From positions 6,896 through 70,895 of the forward strand of contig CAYPXH010000003.1 of NCBI GenBank assembly GCA_964414755.1: 64,000 nucleotides of DNA, written 5' to 3'. Below the pieces are notes generated by a model, which made no database searches, was not told the origin of the DNA, and saw only the letters and a list, made by a program, of their open reading frames with translations. Both the position numbers and the translations under genes were made by a program. The DNA comes from an uncultured Rhodospirillaceae bacterium (GTDB taxonomy: Bacteria; Pseudomonadota; Alphaproteobacteria; JAEUKQ01). Positions 51,594-60,414 of this stretch are shown here, in pieces (within the stretch, counting starts at the first letter, position 1; every line of letters begins with the position of its first letter).

Positions 51594-53528
51594 TTAATTA
51601 TTCTGATCATGAAAATGGCTATATATGCGCTTAGCTGTATCAAGATTAATCCCCGGAATGCGCTGTAAATCATCAATACCAGCACGAGCAACCTCTTTTG
51701 CCGAACCAAAATGCAACAACAAAGCTTTTTTACGCTTTGGGCCAATTCCTGTAATCTCGTCGAGTGGGGATGAGAACATTTTTTTTTGCCGACCTTGTCT
51801 GTGGGCACCAATAACAAAACGATGCGCTTCATCACGAAGACGTTGTAGAAAATGTAGTAAAGGATCATTTCTGGGTAATTTGAATTCCCGTTGATCGGTT
51901 GTAAAAAAAGTTTCTTGACCTGAATTGCGCTCAGGACCCTTGGCAATTGCAATTAAAGAAATTTGGTTTATATCAAGCTCGTTTAATACGGTACGTACGG
52001 CTTGTAATTGGCCTTTTCCCCCATCAACCAGTATGAGATCAGGAAAATTATTATCAGATTGTGGCAAATCTTTTTTAAAACGTCGGCGAAAAACTTGTCG
52101 CATCATCGCATAATCGTCATTTAGATTGGTTATTTCATCTGGTCTAATAGCAAATTTGCGGTAAGCGTTTTTTATAAAACCTTCCGGCCCTGAAACAATC
52201 ATTGCGCCAAAAGCGTTTGTGCCTTGTAAATGGCTGTTATCATAAACCTCAATTCTATTGGGAACTGTTGGTAAAGCAAAATGTTCGGCCAATTTATGCA
52301 ATAATGTCTTTTGCGATGCGGTATCTGCCAAACGACGCAGCAAGGAAATTTTTGCATTTTCTTGCGCTTGTTCCAAGGCCTTTTGTTTTATCCCTTGTTT
52401 AGGCGATATAATCTTAATTTTTAAGTTAGACTTGTTGCCAAGGGCTTTTTCTAGAAATTCGCGATCAGGAAGGTGGATAGAAACCAAAATGGTGGGAGGG
52501 GGTGTTTGAGTGCTATAAAACTGACTAATAAAGGCACTAACTATTTCTGCTGCACTAACATCATGATGATGAATAGGAAAATAAGCCTTGCTTCCGTAGT
52601 TTGCCCCATTACGGTATAGAAAAACCTGGATACAGCTTTGGCCACCTTCTTGATAAAAGCCAAGCATATCTGTGTCCCCTAAGCCATCAATGAAAATATG
52701 TTGTTGTGTTTGAATATGTGTTAATGCCCGAAGCCTATCACGGTAATTCGCCGCCATCTCATAATTAAGCGCGTCGCTGGCCTGCTGCATGTGCATTCTT
52801 AACTGATTTTGAATTTCCACATTTTTACCAGTCAAGAAGTTTTGTGCTTGTTCTACCAAAGAAAAATAATCTGCCGTGTTAATTTTACCAACACAGGGAG
52901 CTGCACATCGTTTAATCTGGTATAACAAGCAAGGTCGGCTACGATTTGCATATACATGATCGGAACAAGACCTAAGTAAAAATGCGCGTTGTAAATCAAT
53001 TAGTGTACTATTAACAGCTTGCCCCGAAAGAAAAGGGCCATAATAGCTGCCGGATATGTTTTTGGCTCCGCGATGTTTTGTCAGCGCAGGTGCGGTTGGA
53101 TGTTTTGTGATTAAAATATATGGGAAAGATTTGTCATCTCGTAACAATATATTATAGCGTGGCCGCAGCTTCTTAATAAGATTACATTCAAGCAATAACG
53201 CTTCTGCTTCTGTGTGGGTTGTGATGATTTCAAGCGATCTTGTTTCAGCAATCATCCGTTGAATACGGATGGGCAGGCGGCCTATAATGGTATAATTACT
53301 AATTCTTTTACGCAAATTTAGCGCTTTACCAACATACAGGACATCGCCTGCCTGGTTAAGCATTTGATAAACACCAGGTTTGTTATCAACAGTTTTTAAT
53401 TGTTGTTTTAATATACTAACCCCTACCAAGGAAGGTTCTTGGCTATGATCAGACAAGGGGTTATGTATGGTGCCAGCCTTTTTTTCCATGTTGTGCAATA
53501 ATATTTTAAAAAAATTGTTTAAGATCAA
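51594..53528 (-). CDS. uvrC: Excinuclease ABC subunit C (UvrC)
   Basis: N-terminal GIY-YIG (GVYQMLNQAGDVLYVGKALNLRKRISNY), the UvrBC-interaction region, and C-terminal RNase H-like and (HhH)2 domains. The start may instead be M14 (53489). Confidence 0.95.
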   Translation of the reverse strand: MILNNFFKILLHNMEKKAGTIHNPLSDHSQEPSLVGVSILKQQLKTVDNKPGVYQMLNQAGDVLYVGKALNLRKRISNYTIIGRLPIRIQRMIAETRSLEIITTHTEAEALLLECNLIKKLRPRYNILLRDDKSFPYILITKHPTAPALTKHRGAKNISGSYYGPFLSGQAVNSTLIDLQRAFLLRSCSDHVYANRSRPCLLYQIKRCAAPCVGKINTADYFSLVEQAQNFLTGKNVEIQNQLRMHMQQASDALNYEMAANYRDRLRALTHIQTQQHIFIDGLGDTDMLGFYQEGGQSCIQVFLYRNGANYGSKAYFPIHHHDVSAAEIVSAFISQFYSTQTPPPTILVSIHLPDREFLEKALGNKSNLKIKIISPKQGIKQKALEQAQENAKISLLRRLADTASQKTLLHKLAEHFALPTVPNRIEVYDNSHLQGTNAFGAMIVSGPEGFIKNAYRKFAIRPDEITNLNDDYAMMRQVFRRRFKKDLPQSDNNFPDLILVDGGKGQLQAVRTVLNELDINQISLIAIAKGPERNSGQETFFTTDQREFKLPRNDPLLHFLQRLRDEAHRFVIGAHRQGRQKKMFSSPLDEITGIGPKRKKALLLHFGSAKEVARAGIDDLQRIPGINLDTAKRIYSHFHDQNN

Positions 53529-53613
53529 ATGGCTACAAACAATAACAGCTAATTTTTTTTAAAAAACACCTAAAATCCGTCAAAAATATTTTTTAGTGAT
53601 CGGTTGATAAAGC

Positions 53614-53690
53614 TGTGGATAACTTTGTGGATAATCATCACGCATAGCATAACACCCCCTTTATTCGCCATACAATAAAATTTATACACA
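53614..53690. promoter_or_regulatory. Cluster of DnaA boxes (two perfect TGTGGATAA 3 bp apart, plus one TTATACACA in the opposite orientation) in the uvrC upstream spacer
   Basis: TGTGGATAA at 53614-53622 and 53626-53634, which is the exact complement of the TTATCCACA consensus. TTATACACA at 53682-53690 fits TTATNCACA. A very AT-rich stretch follows (53640-53806). Confidence 0.55.
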
Positions 53691-53806
53691 TGAAGTATAT
53701 ATTAATCAGAAAAACAATATAAACATTTGAAAATAAATGATAATATTTTATATTAATAAACAATCCTTTGCAACAAGCGGGTCTCACAATTATAAAATCA
53801 TATATA

Positions 53807-54214
53807 CTATTTTTGGCTGTGCATAATTTTGTCGTTGTTAAGCTTTTGGTTGCTTACCCGTTCACGATAAAGCTCTACGCCGGCAGAACAGTCGCTATAA
53901 ACATCCAGCTTTTCAACTGACACAAGAACTGTAACTACCTTATCTTCTTTAAGACAAATATCAGCAATGCTGCTGGCAACGGTTTCAAGCAGATTATAGC
54001 GCGTTTGTGCAAATATCTGAAGTAGACGTTTTTTAAGTGTATCATAACAAACAACTGATTGAATATCGTCGGGTAGAGGATTTGGTAAAGATAAGGTAAG
54101 GGTTAGGTGTATTTTGATACGCTGTGAGGAGGTTATTTCACTTGGTTTAATACCAACGTTTAACAAGACAATCCAATCTTTAATCAAAAGCTTGTAATGC
54201 GTTTTTAATAACAT
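53807..54214 (-). CDS. folB: Dihydroneopterin aldolase
   Basis: 135 aa; DHNA-family pattern (VLLNVGIKPSE...IKIHLTL...VCYDTL) and the characteristic pairing with a PTR1/FolM-type reductase. Confidence 0.7.
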   Translation of the reverse strand: MLLKTHYKLLIKDWIVLLNVGIKPSEITSSQRIKIHLTLTLSLPNPLPDDIQSVVCYDTLKKRLLQIFAQTRYNLLETVASSIADICLKEDKVVTVLVSVEKLDVYSDCSAGVELYRERVSNQKLNNDKIMHSQK

Positions 54215-55002
54215 TATTCCATCACCATATCTTTTTTGGGCGGGTTATTCCAACCAAGATGTTGGCCACTATCAAGGGCTATCATCTGGCCAGTAATTGA
54301 TGGCGTGTCGATTAAAAATTGGACAGTGTGGCTTATTTCTTCAGGTGTTACTGCACGTTGCAACGGCATCGCACTGTATTGCTCTTCAAATTGCTGGGGT
54401 GTTTGCCGAACGCTTGGCAAGGTTGGGCCTGGTCCTATTGCATTAACCCTTATATAGGGCGCCCATGCCAAAGCCAAGGTCTGTGTCAGTGTCCAGAGGG
54501 CACTTTTGCTAACAGTATAACTTGTAAAATAAGGCGTCAAACACAAAACACGCTGATCAATTATATTGATAATATGCCCAGGTATTTTAGGTGGTAATTG
54601 CCGGTAAAATTCCTGACTTAAAATAAACGGGGCATGCAAATTAATTTGTAAATGACGTTGCCATGACTGGTTGGTAACAGTACCGGCTTCGTCCCGCTCA
54701 AAAATCGACGCATTATTAACAAGACAGGTTATAGGTTGTCCAATTACCCTATTTGTTTGTTTAATTAGTTCTTCAGTTTCAGGAATATCACTTAAATCAG
54801 CTCTAACTGCTAGGGCTTTACCACCCATCTCATGAATGTGATGTACTAAATCATCTGCTGCCTGGCGTGACAGATGATAATGAATAACCACAAACCACTT
54901 TCTTTTGGCAAAACCCAGGGCAATGGACCGTCCAATCCGTTGGGCAGCACCAGTTACTAAAACACAATTTTGGTATTTCATAGGCTGATAATGTATATTC
55001 AT
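54214..55002 (-). CDS. Pteridine reductase-like short-chain dehydrogenase (FolM/PTR1 subgroup of SDR)
   Basis: N-terminal VLVTGAAQRIGRSIA carries the TGxxxRxG variant of the SDR cofactor motif that is diagnostic of PTR1/FolM. Also the YxxxK catalytic pair (YTVSKSAL), and it is adjacent to folB. Confidence 0.75.
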   Translation of the reverse strand: MNIHYQPMKYQNCVLVTGAAQRIGRSIALGFAKRKWFVVIHYHLSRQAADDLVHHIHEMGGKALAVRADLSDIPETEELIKQTNRVIGQPITCLVNNASIFERDEAGTVTNQSWQRHLQINLHAPFILSQEFYRQLPPKIPGHIINIIDQRVLCLTPYFTSYTVSKSALWTLTQTLALAWAPYIRVNAIGPGPTLPSVRQTPQQFEEQYSAMPLQRAVTPEEISHTVQFLIDTPSITGQMIALDSGQHLGWNNPPKKDMVME

Positions 55003-55020
55003 ATGACCTTGTTGTTATTT

Positions 55021-56163
55021 TTATTTGTCTTCAAGTAATAAACCATTACGGTGGGGTAGAGAAACTTTACCAACTATTTTGGCAATCGTATCGTTAGGGC
55101 GTACAAAATGTTCAAGACGCCGCGACAGAACAAATCCATCCGTACCACTAACAACATTGGTTCTGGCTGCAAAAGGCGATGCCGACGCCGGGTTTATAAT
55201 TTCGGCAAGTGGTTCCCCTATACTGACCATATCCCCCAACTCTTTAAGATAAACAACAATCCCTCCTACTGGTGCACGAACAATATCACAAGCGGCTAAA
55301 TCGCTTGCTTGGTGTAAAACGGGAGGAAGCCGACCAAGATTTCCTTTAACAAGCGCTCGGCGCTGCAGAAAACGAAAAATTGCCTGTGCATCTTGCTTTG
55401 CCATAAGGTCATTAACATCTGCTGAGCCACGATGTTCGATAGTAACAGCTAAGCATGCTGGCGGTATTGGTAAAGATGGAAAATCTGCAGCTAATTTTAA
55501 CCAGGGTGTACTAAGACTTTCATCAAACGATTGACCTCCTGAGTCGGCGCATAGCAAATTAGCCCTGCTGCCGATTTCAGCTGCAAGGTCGGATGCGTCT
55601 GGCCAGTGTGCTGGTGTTAAGAACAGATGAACCAAAGCCTCGTCATCACAATGTAAATCAAGGGCTATATCACTATCATATGCAAGTCGGGCTAGGGTTA
55701 ATTTTAGGCTGCCCATTTCGGTGGTTGCTTGCGACTGACTTAATATTCGGTTTAACGCACTTCTGATGACATCAACGTTTTTTTTGCCGTCTGGACCTAA
55801 TTGGTGACCAACAATATCAGGTAGTCCGGAATACAAGTCTGGCCAATGGCGATTGAAATTACCTGCGCCCCCCAGCTCGTAACGTCCGTTCAGCCTGGCA
55901 TTCAGAAACTGACCAAGACCAATGGGGTTGGCTACAGGTACAACAACAACTTCACCGATTAGCTGATTTTGTTGATCAGCTTGGTACAATAATTGCCCCA
56001 AGTGACGCGCCACCAACATACCAGGAATTTCATCAGCATGCAAAGATGCTTGGATATATGCCTTTGGGCGTGCCCCAATTGTTCCAAACCGCCAAACCAT
56101 AATTTGCCGTTCTGTTAAAGGACTATTACTAATTAATGGAATATAATCAGTTTTAAATGCCAT
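55021..56163 (-). CDS. Succinylglutamate desuccinylase/aspartoacylase (AstE/AspA) family zinc hydrolase
   Basis: 380 aa. The N-terminal region has the zinc ligands of the AstE/AspA fold (ASLHADEIPG ... E.. H). Confidence 0.7.
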   Translation of the reverse strand: MAFKTDYIPLISNSPLTERQIMVWRFGTIGARPKAYIQASLHADEIPGMLVARHLGQLLYQADQQNQLIGEVVVVPVANPIGLGQFLNARLNGRYELGGAGNFNRHWPDLYSGLPDIVGHQLGPDGKKNVDVIRSALNRILSQSQATTEMGSLKLTLARLAYDSDIALDLHCDDEALVHLFLTPAHWPDASDLAAEIGSRANLLCADSGGQSFDESLSTPWLKLAADFPSLPIPPACLAVTIEHRGSADVNDLMAKQDAQAIFRFLQRRALVKGNLGRLPPVLHQASDLAACDIVRAPVGGIVVYLKELGDMVSIGEPLAEIINPASASPFAARTNVVSGTDGFVLSRRLEHFVRPNDTIAKIVGKVSLPHRNGLLLEDK

Positions 56164-56297
56164 AAGTTAATCCTTTAGTTAATCCTTTGATTGGTTGTTC
56201 TACAGCAATTTATTTGCATAAATTATTAAAAAGACTTTTCACTACCATCTGAATCACTTAATTCAAATGCTAACTACTGAATATATAGTGTGTTTGT

Positions 56298-58553
56298 ATG
56301 GAAAAAGCAAAAATGTCTGGTATCATGGGTATGGCTTTAAATAATGCGCAGTTGGAAGCTGCCATGACCACCGAAGGGCCATTGTTGATCCTTGCTGGGG
56401 CTGGAACAGGCAAGACACGTGTTTTGATTGCCAGAATTGCTCATATCTTATCGACAGGACGTGCACATCCTGGCCAATTATTGGCTGTTACTTTTACCAA
56501 TAAAGCTGCACAGGAAATAAAAGAGCGTGTAGCGATGATTCTTCAGCGACCAGTAGAAGGTTGGTGGTTGGGAACTTTTCATGCGCTTGCCGCACGCTTG
56601 TTGCGTCGTCATGCCGAGATTGTTGGTCTAACACCACAATTTACAATTTTGGACGAAGATGATCAACTGCGTTTGATTAAACAGCTGTTACAAATCGAAA
56701 ACATCGATGATCAGAAGCTGCCCCCCCGTCAGGTTGGTGATTTATTTGCGCGTTGGAAAGACAAGGGACTATCCCCCGAGCATGTAAACAATATATCGCC
56801 TAACACGTTGGTCAATCCTAAATTGCCGCAATTATATACTATGTATCAGCAACGTCTTAAAAGCCTGAACAGCTGTGATTTTGGTGATTTATTGTTACAT
56901 AATTTGCATATTTTAAGTATGCAACCAGAAATTCTCAGGCAATATCACCAGCAATTTAGATTTATTATGGTTGATGAATACCAAGATACGAATACTGCGC
57001 AATATCTTTGGATAAGATTGTTATCACAACAACACCAAAATATTTGCTGTGTAGGGGATGACGATCAGTCAATTTACGGATGGCGTGGTGCTGAAATTGG
57101 CAACATTCTAAGATTTGGTCAGGATTTTCCAACCGCAAAGATTGTTCGTCTTGAACAAAATTACCGATCAACGCCACATATTTTAGCAGCAGCATCAGGG
57201 ATTATTGCCCATAACCGTGACCGCATGGTGAAGACCTTGCGTACAGATATTACCGATGGTGATTATGTCCATTTGGGTAATTTCTGGGACGGTACGGAAG
57301 AAGCACGTTTTGTAGCGGAAGAAATTGAATCTATCCAACGCCGAGGAGAAAAGCTAGGATCAATGGCGGTTCTTGTACGAACAGCAGCACAAACGCGCGA
57401 GTTTGAAGAACGTTTTCTAACATTTGGAATTAAATATCGAGTGATTGGTGGATTGCGATTTTATGAACGCCTAGAAATTCGTGATGCTTTAGCTTATCTA
57501 AGACTGATTCACCAACCGCGTGACGATTTGGCTTTTGAACGCATCATTAATACCCCCAGGCGCGGTATTGGTGAAACAACTATACGTTCTTTGTATCAGT
57601 CGGCGCGCACTCTTTCTTGCAGCTTGTTAGAGGCAGCAAGGCATACGGTACAGGAACAGCTTGGCAGCACGTCAGCCAGGCGTTCTTTAGCGGGGTTTAT
57701 CCAAAACATTGATCGTTGGCGTGGTATGATGGAACAAGTGCGTCATACAGAATTAGCACGCATTGTTCTTGATGAATCTGGTTATACCGAAATGTGGCAA
57801 AAAGATCCATCACCTGATTCATCAGGGCGTCTTGAAAACCTGAAAGAGCTTGTATCAGCCATGGAGTCTTTTGAAACTTTGGCTGGATTCTTAGAACATG
57901 TTGGTTTGGTCATGGAGAATGCTGAAGCTAATCCTCAAGATATGATCAGTATCATGACTTTGCATAGTGCTAAGGGGTTAGAGTTTGACACGGTTTTTTT
58001 ACCGGGTTGGGAAGAAGGATTGTTTCCCCATCAACGTGCTTTAGATGATAATGGTCAACATGGTCTTGAGGAAGAACGACGTCTTGCTTATGTTGGCATT
58101 ACGCGGGCACGCCGCCATTTATATATAACTTATGCGAACAGCCGCCGATTATATGGTACGTGGCAGAATGCTTTACCATCACGTTTTTTACGCGAATTAC
58201 CGAAAAAATCGCTATCCCCAATTATTGGCAGCCTTATGGCCGAAAAATGGGCATATTTTTGGGATCAGGATGTGCAAAACGGATTTGTTCGTCAAGGTGA
58301 TTATCAGCAATCCAAAAACCGCTTTTTGTTGACCCCAGCTCGTGGCAACATGGGACAAGACTATTCGTATGGGCGGGTGCTTTCTTCTAAAACTATGGTG
58401 GCATTTAAAAATGGTGATAAAGTATTTCACCAAAAGTTTGGTTATGGTACTGTTATTGATTGTGTGGGTGAATATTTAGAAATAGCCTTTGATAAGGCCG
58501 GAACAAAAAAAGTAATTGCCACATTCTTGGTGGCAGCTGAAACAGTCAAATAG
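56298..58553 (+). CDS. uvrD: ATP-dependent DNA helicase UvrD/PcrA family (superfamily 1)
   Basis: Motif I LAGAGTGKTRVL, motif II MVDEYQDTN, motif III, and motifs V/VI (TLHSAKGLEFDTVF, VGITRARRHLYI). 751 aa with a C-terminal extension. Confidence 0.93.
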   Translation: MEKAKMSGIMGMALNNAQLEAAMTTEGPLLILAGAGTGKTRVLIARIAHILSTGRAHPGQLLAVTFTNKAAQEIKERVAMILQRPVEGWWLGTFHALAARLLRRHAEIVGLTPQFTILDEDDQLRLIKQLLQIENIDDQKLPPRQVGDLFARWKDKGLSPEHVNNISPNTLVNPKLPQLYTMYQQRLKSLNSCDFGDLLLHNLHILSMQPEILRQYHQQFRFIMVDEYQDTNTAQYLWIRLLSQQHQNICCVGDDDQSIYGWRGAEIGNILRFGQDFPTAKIVRLEQNYRSTPHILAAASGIIAHNRDRMVKTLRTDITDGDYVHLGNFWDGTEEARFVAEEIESIQRRGEKLGSMAVLVRTAAQTREFEERFLTFGIKYRVIGGLRFYERLEIRDALAYLRLIHQPRDDLAFERIINTPRRGIGETTIRSLYQSARTLSCSLLEAARHTVQEQLGSTSARRSLAGFIQNIDRWRGMMEQVRHTELARIVLDESGYTEMWQKDPSPDSSGRLENLKELVSAMESFETLAGFLEHVGLVMENAEANPQDMISIMTLHSAKGLEFDTVFLPGWEEGLFPHQRALDDNGQHGLEEERRLAYVGITRARRHLYITYANSRRLYGTWQNALPSRFLRELPKKSLSPIIGSLMAEKWAYFWDQDVQNGFVRQGDYQQSKNRFLLTPARGNMGQDYSYGRVLSSKTMVAFKNGDKVFHQKFGYGTVIDCVGEYLEIAFDKAGTKKVIATFLVAAETVK

Positions 58554-58563
58554 GGTGGATCGC

Positions 58564-59574
58564 ATGGAAGAATTATGGTTGCTGAAAATTACGTTGCCAC
58601 AAGGTTGTCCTGATCGTTATCGGGTTAAGCTTGAAGGATTGGCCGATGGGATAGGGATGGCAGTTTCAAGTTACGAAAATGATCAGAAACAATGGGTCGT
58701 AGAAATTTTATCAAATGACCGGCTTGAATCAAAAGCACCAATTTTAAAACAATATTTAGACAGCCATGCGATTGATCAATATCACATCGAGTCAGAGCCT
58801 TTACCTGAAAAAGATTGGGTTAAAGAAAGTGAAGAAATTTTAGCACCTTTTACAATCGGTCGTTTCTTTGTGTATGGGTCGTTTTACCGTGGCAAGATAC
58901 CGGTAAAATTTTTACCTCTAAGGATTGATGCCGGGTTGGCATTTGGTACCGGCCGGCATGAAACAACTGCCGGTTGTCTTAAGATGATGCAGATATTTCG
59001 CAACAAACGGAAATATAAATTCCAAAAAATTCTTGATTTGGGCTGTGGCAGTGGAATTTTGGCCATGGGTGCAGCCCGATTATGGAATGATGCCTATGTG
59101 CTTGCTGTTGACCTTGATTATGAAGCTCTTGATGTAACACGTGAAAATTTGAAAGTTAACAATCTAGCAGGGAAGATTAATGTACGATGGAGCAATGGTT
59201 ACGGTTCCTGGGTAAAGAAGCGTGGCCCTTTTGATCTTGTTGTGGCTAACATTTTAGCAAGGCCAATTTCTAAAATGTCTTACGGTCTTGCAAAAAACCT
59301 AGCCCCACAGGGTTTCGCCATTTTATCGGGATTATTGACCACCCAAGAAGATTTTGTCGAGAGATCTCATAATCGCCATAATTTGGTTGTAGTTGAGCGT
59401 TTACGTATGGGTGAATGGTCTGTACTTGTTGTGCGGCACGGTTCAAGACCAAGCCAGGAGATCATCGTAGATCAAAGTGAAATGCCTGTAGATAACAAGC
59501 GGGATGTAGAAAAAGATGCAGATATGCTGATTGATGCCTTTAAATATATCAATAAGATTAATCAAGATGAATAA
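58564..59574 (+). CDS. prmA: Ribosomal protein L11 methyltransferase
   Basis: PrmA motifs GTGRHETT and LDLGCGSGILAM. The start was placed at the ATG at 58564 (GGGTGGA RBS), just after the uvrD stop. Confidence 0.85.
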   Translation: MEELWLLKITLPQGCPDRYRVKLEGLADGIGMAVSSYENDQKQWVVEILSNDRLESKAPILKQYLDSHAIDQYHIESEPLPEKDWVKESEEILAPFTIGRFFVYGSFYRGKIPVKFLPLRIDAGLAFGTGRHETTAGCLKMMQIFRNKRKYKFQKILDLGCGSGILAMGAARLWNDAYVLAVDLDYEALDVTRENLKVNNLAGKINVRWSNGYGSWVKKRGPFDLVVANILARPISKMSYGLAKNLAPQGFAILSGLLTTQEDFVERSHNRHNLVVVERLRMGEWSVLVVRHGSRPSQEIIVDQSEMPVDNKRDVEKDADMLIDAFKYINKINQDE

Positions 59575-59648
59575 CAAAAGGCCAAAAGCAAGCTAATTCA
59601 TAAGCATATAGGCATTTTGAAGATTGTTTAATCAGGCAGAAAAACCGC

Positions 59649-60026
59649 TTAAGCGGCTTTTAAACGACATACAGCAGATTGGTTTTCGTATGGGGTTCTG
59701 TGTAATAAAGAACAATTATTATCGTTAAGATTAACTGAATTGCTAAGTGTATTAATAAACTGGGATTCTGTTAATAGTGCGATGCCAGTGATATCGCTTG
59801 TTGATGCAATATCACTGGTCATACCTAAATCATCAAACATATGGTTACTAAAGCCATTTAGTTCGCGGCGTAAAATAGCCTGACGCTGTAACAACAGACG
59901 TTGTTTTCGGTTCAGGCGCATTGAGCGAACTAACCCAGCGAAAATAGACACCGGTGTTTTACCCAATGTGTTTTTAGCTACTTTAGGCTTCGAACCATCG
60001 GTAAGCTTTACGTTTCCGTTATTCAT
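59649..60026 (-). CDS. Hypothetical protein with a DUF1127-like C-terminal half
   Basis: The C-terminal half contains RRELNGFSNHMFDDLGMTSDI, resembling the L-x-D-x-GL-x-R-x-DI core of DUF1127 small proteins. The N-terminal half is unrelated and low-complexity. Confidence 0.4.
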   Translation of the reverse strand: MNNGNVKLTDGSKPKVAKNTLGKTPVSIFAGLVRSMRLNRKQRLLLQRQAILRRELNGFSNHMFDDLGMTSDIASTSDITGIALLTESQFINTLSNSVNLNDNNCSLLHRTPYENQSAVCRLKAA

Positions 60027-60414
60027 GGTTCAATCCTTTTATCGTTGTTATTTTTATGGTGCAATATAGTTTTTTTTGCATATGCTAAATGCAATAAAAC
60101 TAATTACACAGCCATTTATATAGCATAATCATTTACTTTACACAAGATTATTTTGCGTTGCAGCATATTTTGTAAAAATAAAGTTGTCACAGGTTTAAAC
60201 GGTCTTTAAGGTAATAATATACCAATAGTAAGCAATATTATTACAATTTTAACATTATTGGCAGGTCTATATTATTCCAAAACCAAATCAACATTCTGCC
60301 ATTAATCATTTTTTTTACATGTGTTGCTATTTGGCATCATAACCGTTAAGTTAATGAATAGATATTAACGTCTTAAACATTACTGCAAACTGCTTCACTC
60401 GGGGAGAAAGGCTT

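Noticed and set aside
53529-53806. Chromosomal replication origin (oriC) at the DnaA-box cluster plus AT-rich tract
   Set aside because: Kept as a regulatory-site finding, not as oriC. The r-protein super-operon and most housekeeping genes to the left are on the + strand and would be head-on to a leftward fork. No dnaA/hemE/parAB-type origin-flanking genes are nearby. I saw no CtrA TTAA-N7-TTAA sites in the tract. Whole-genome GC skew is needed to decide.
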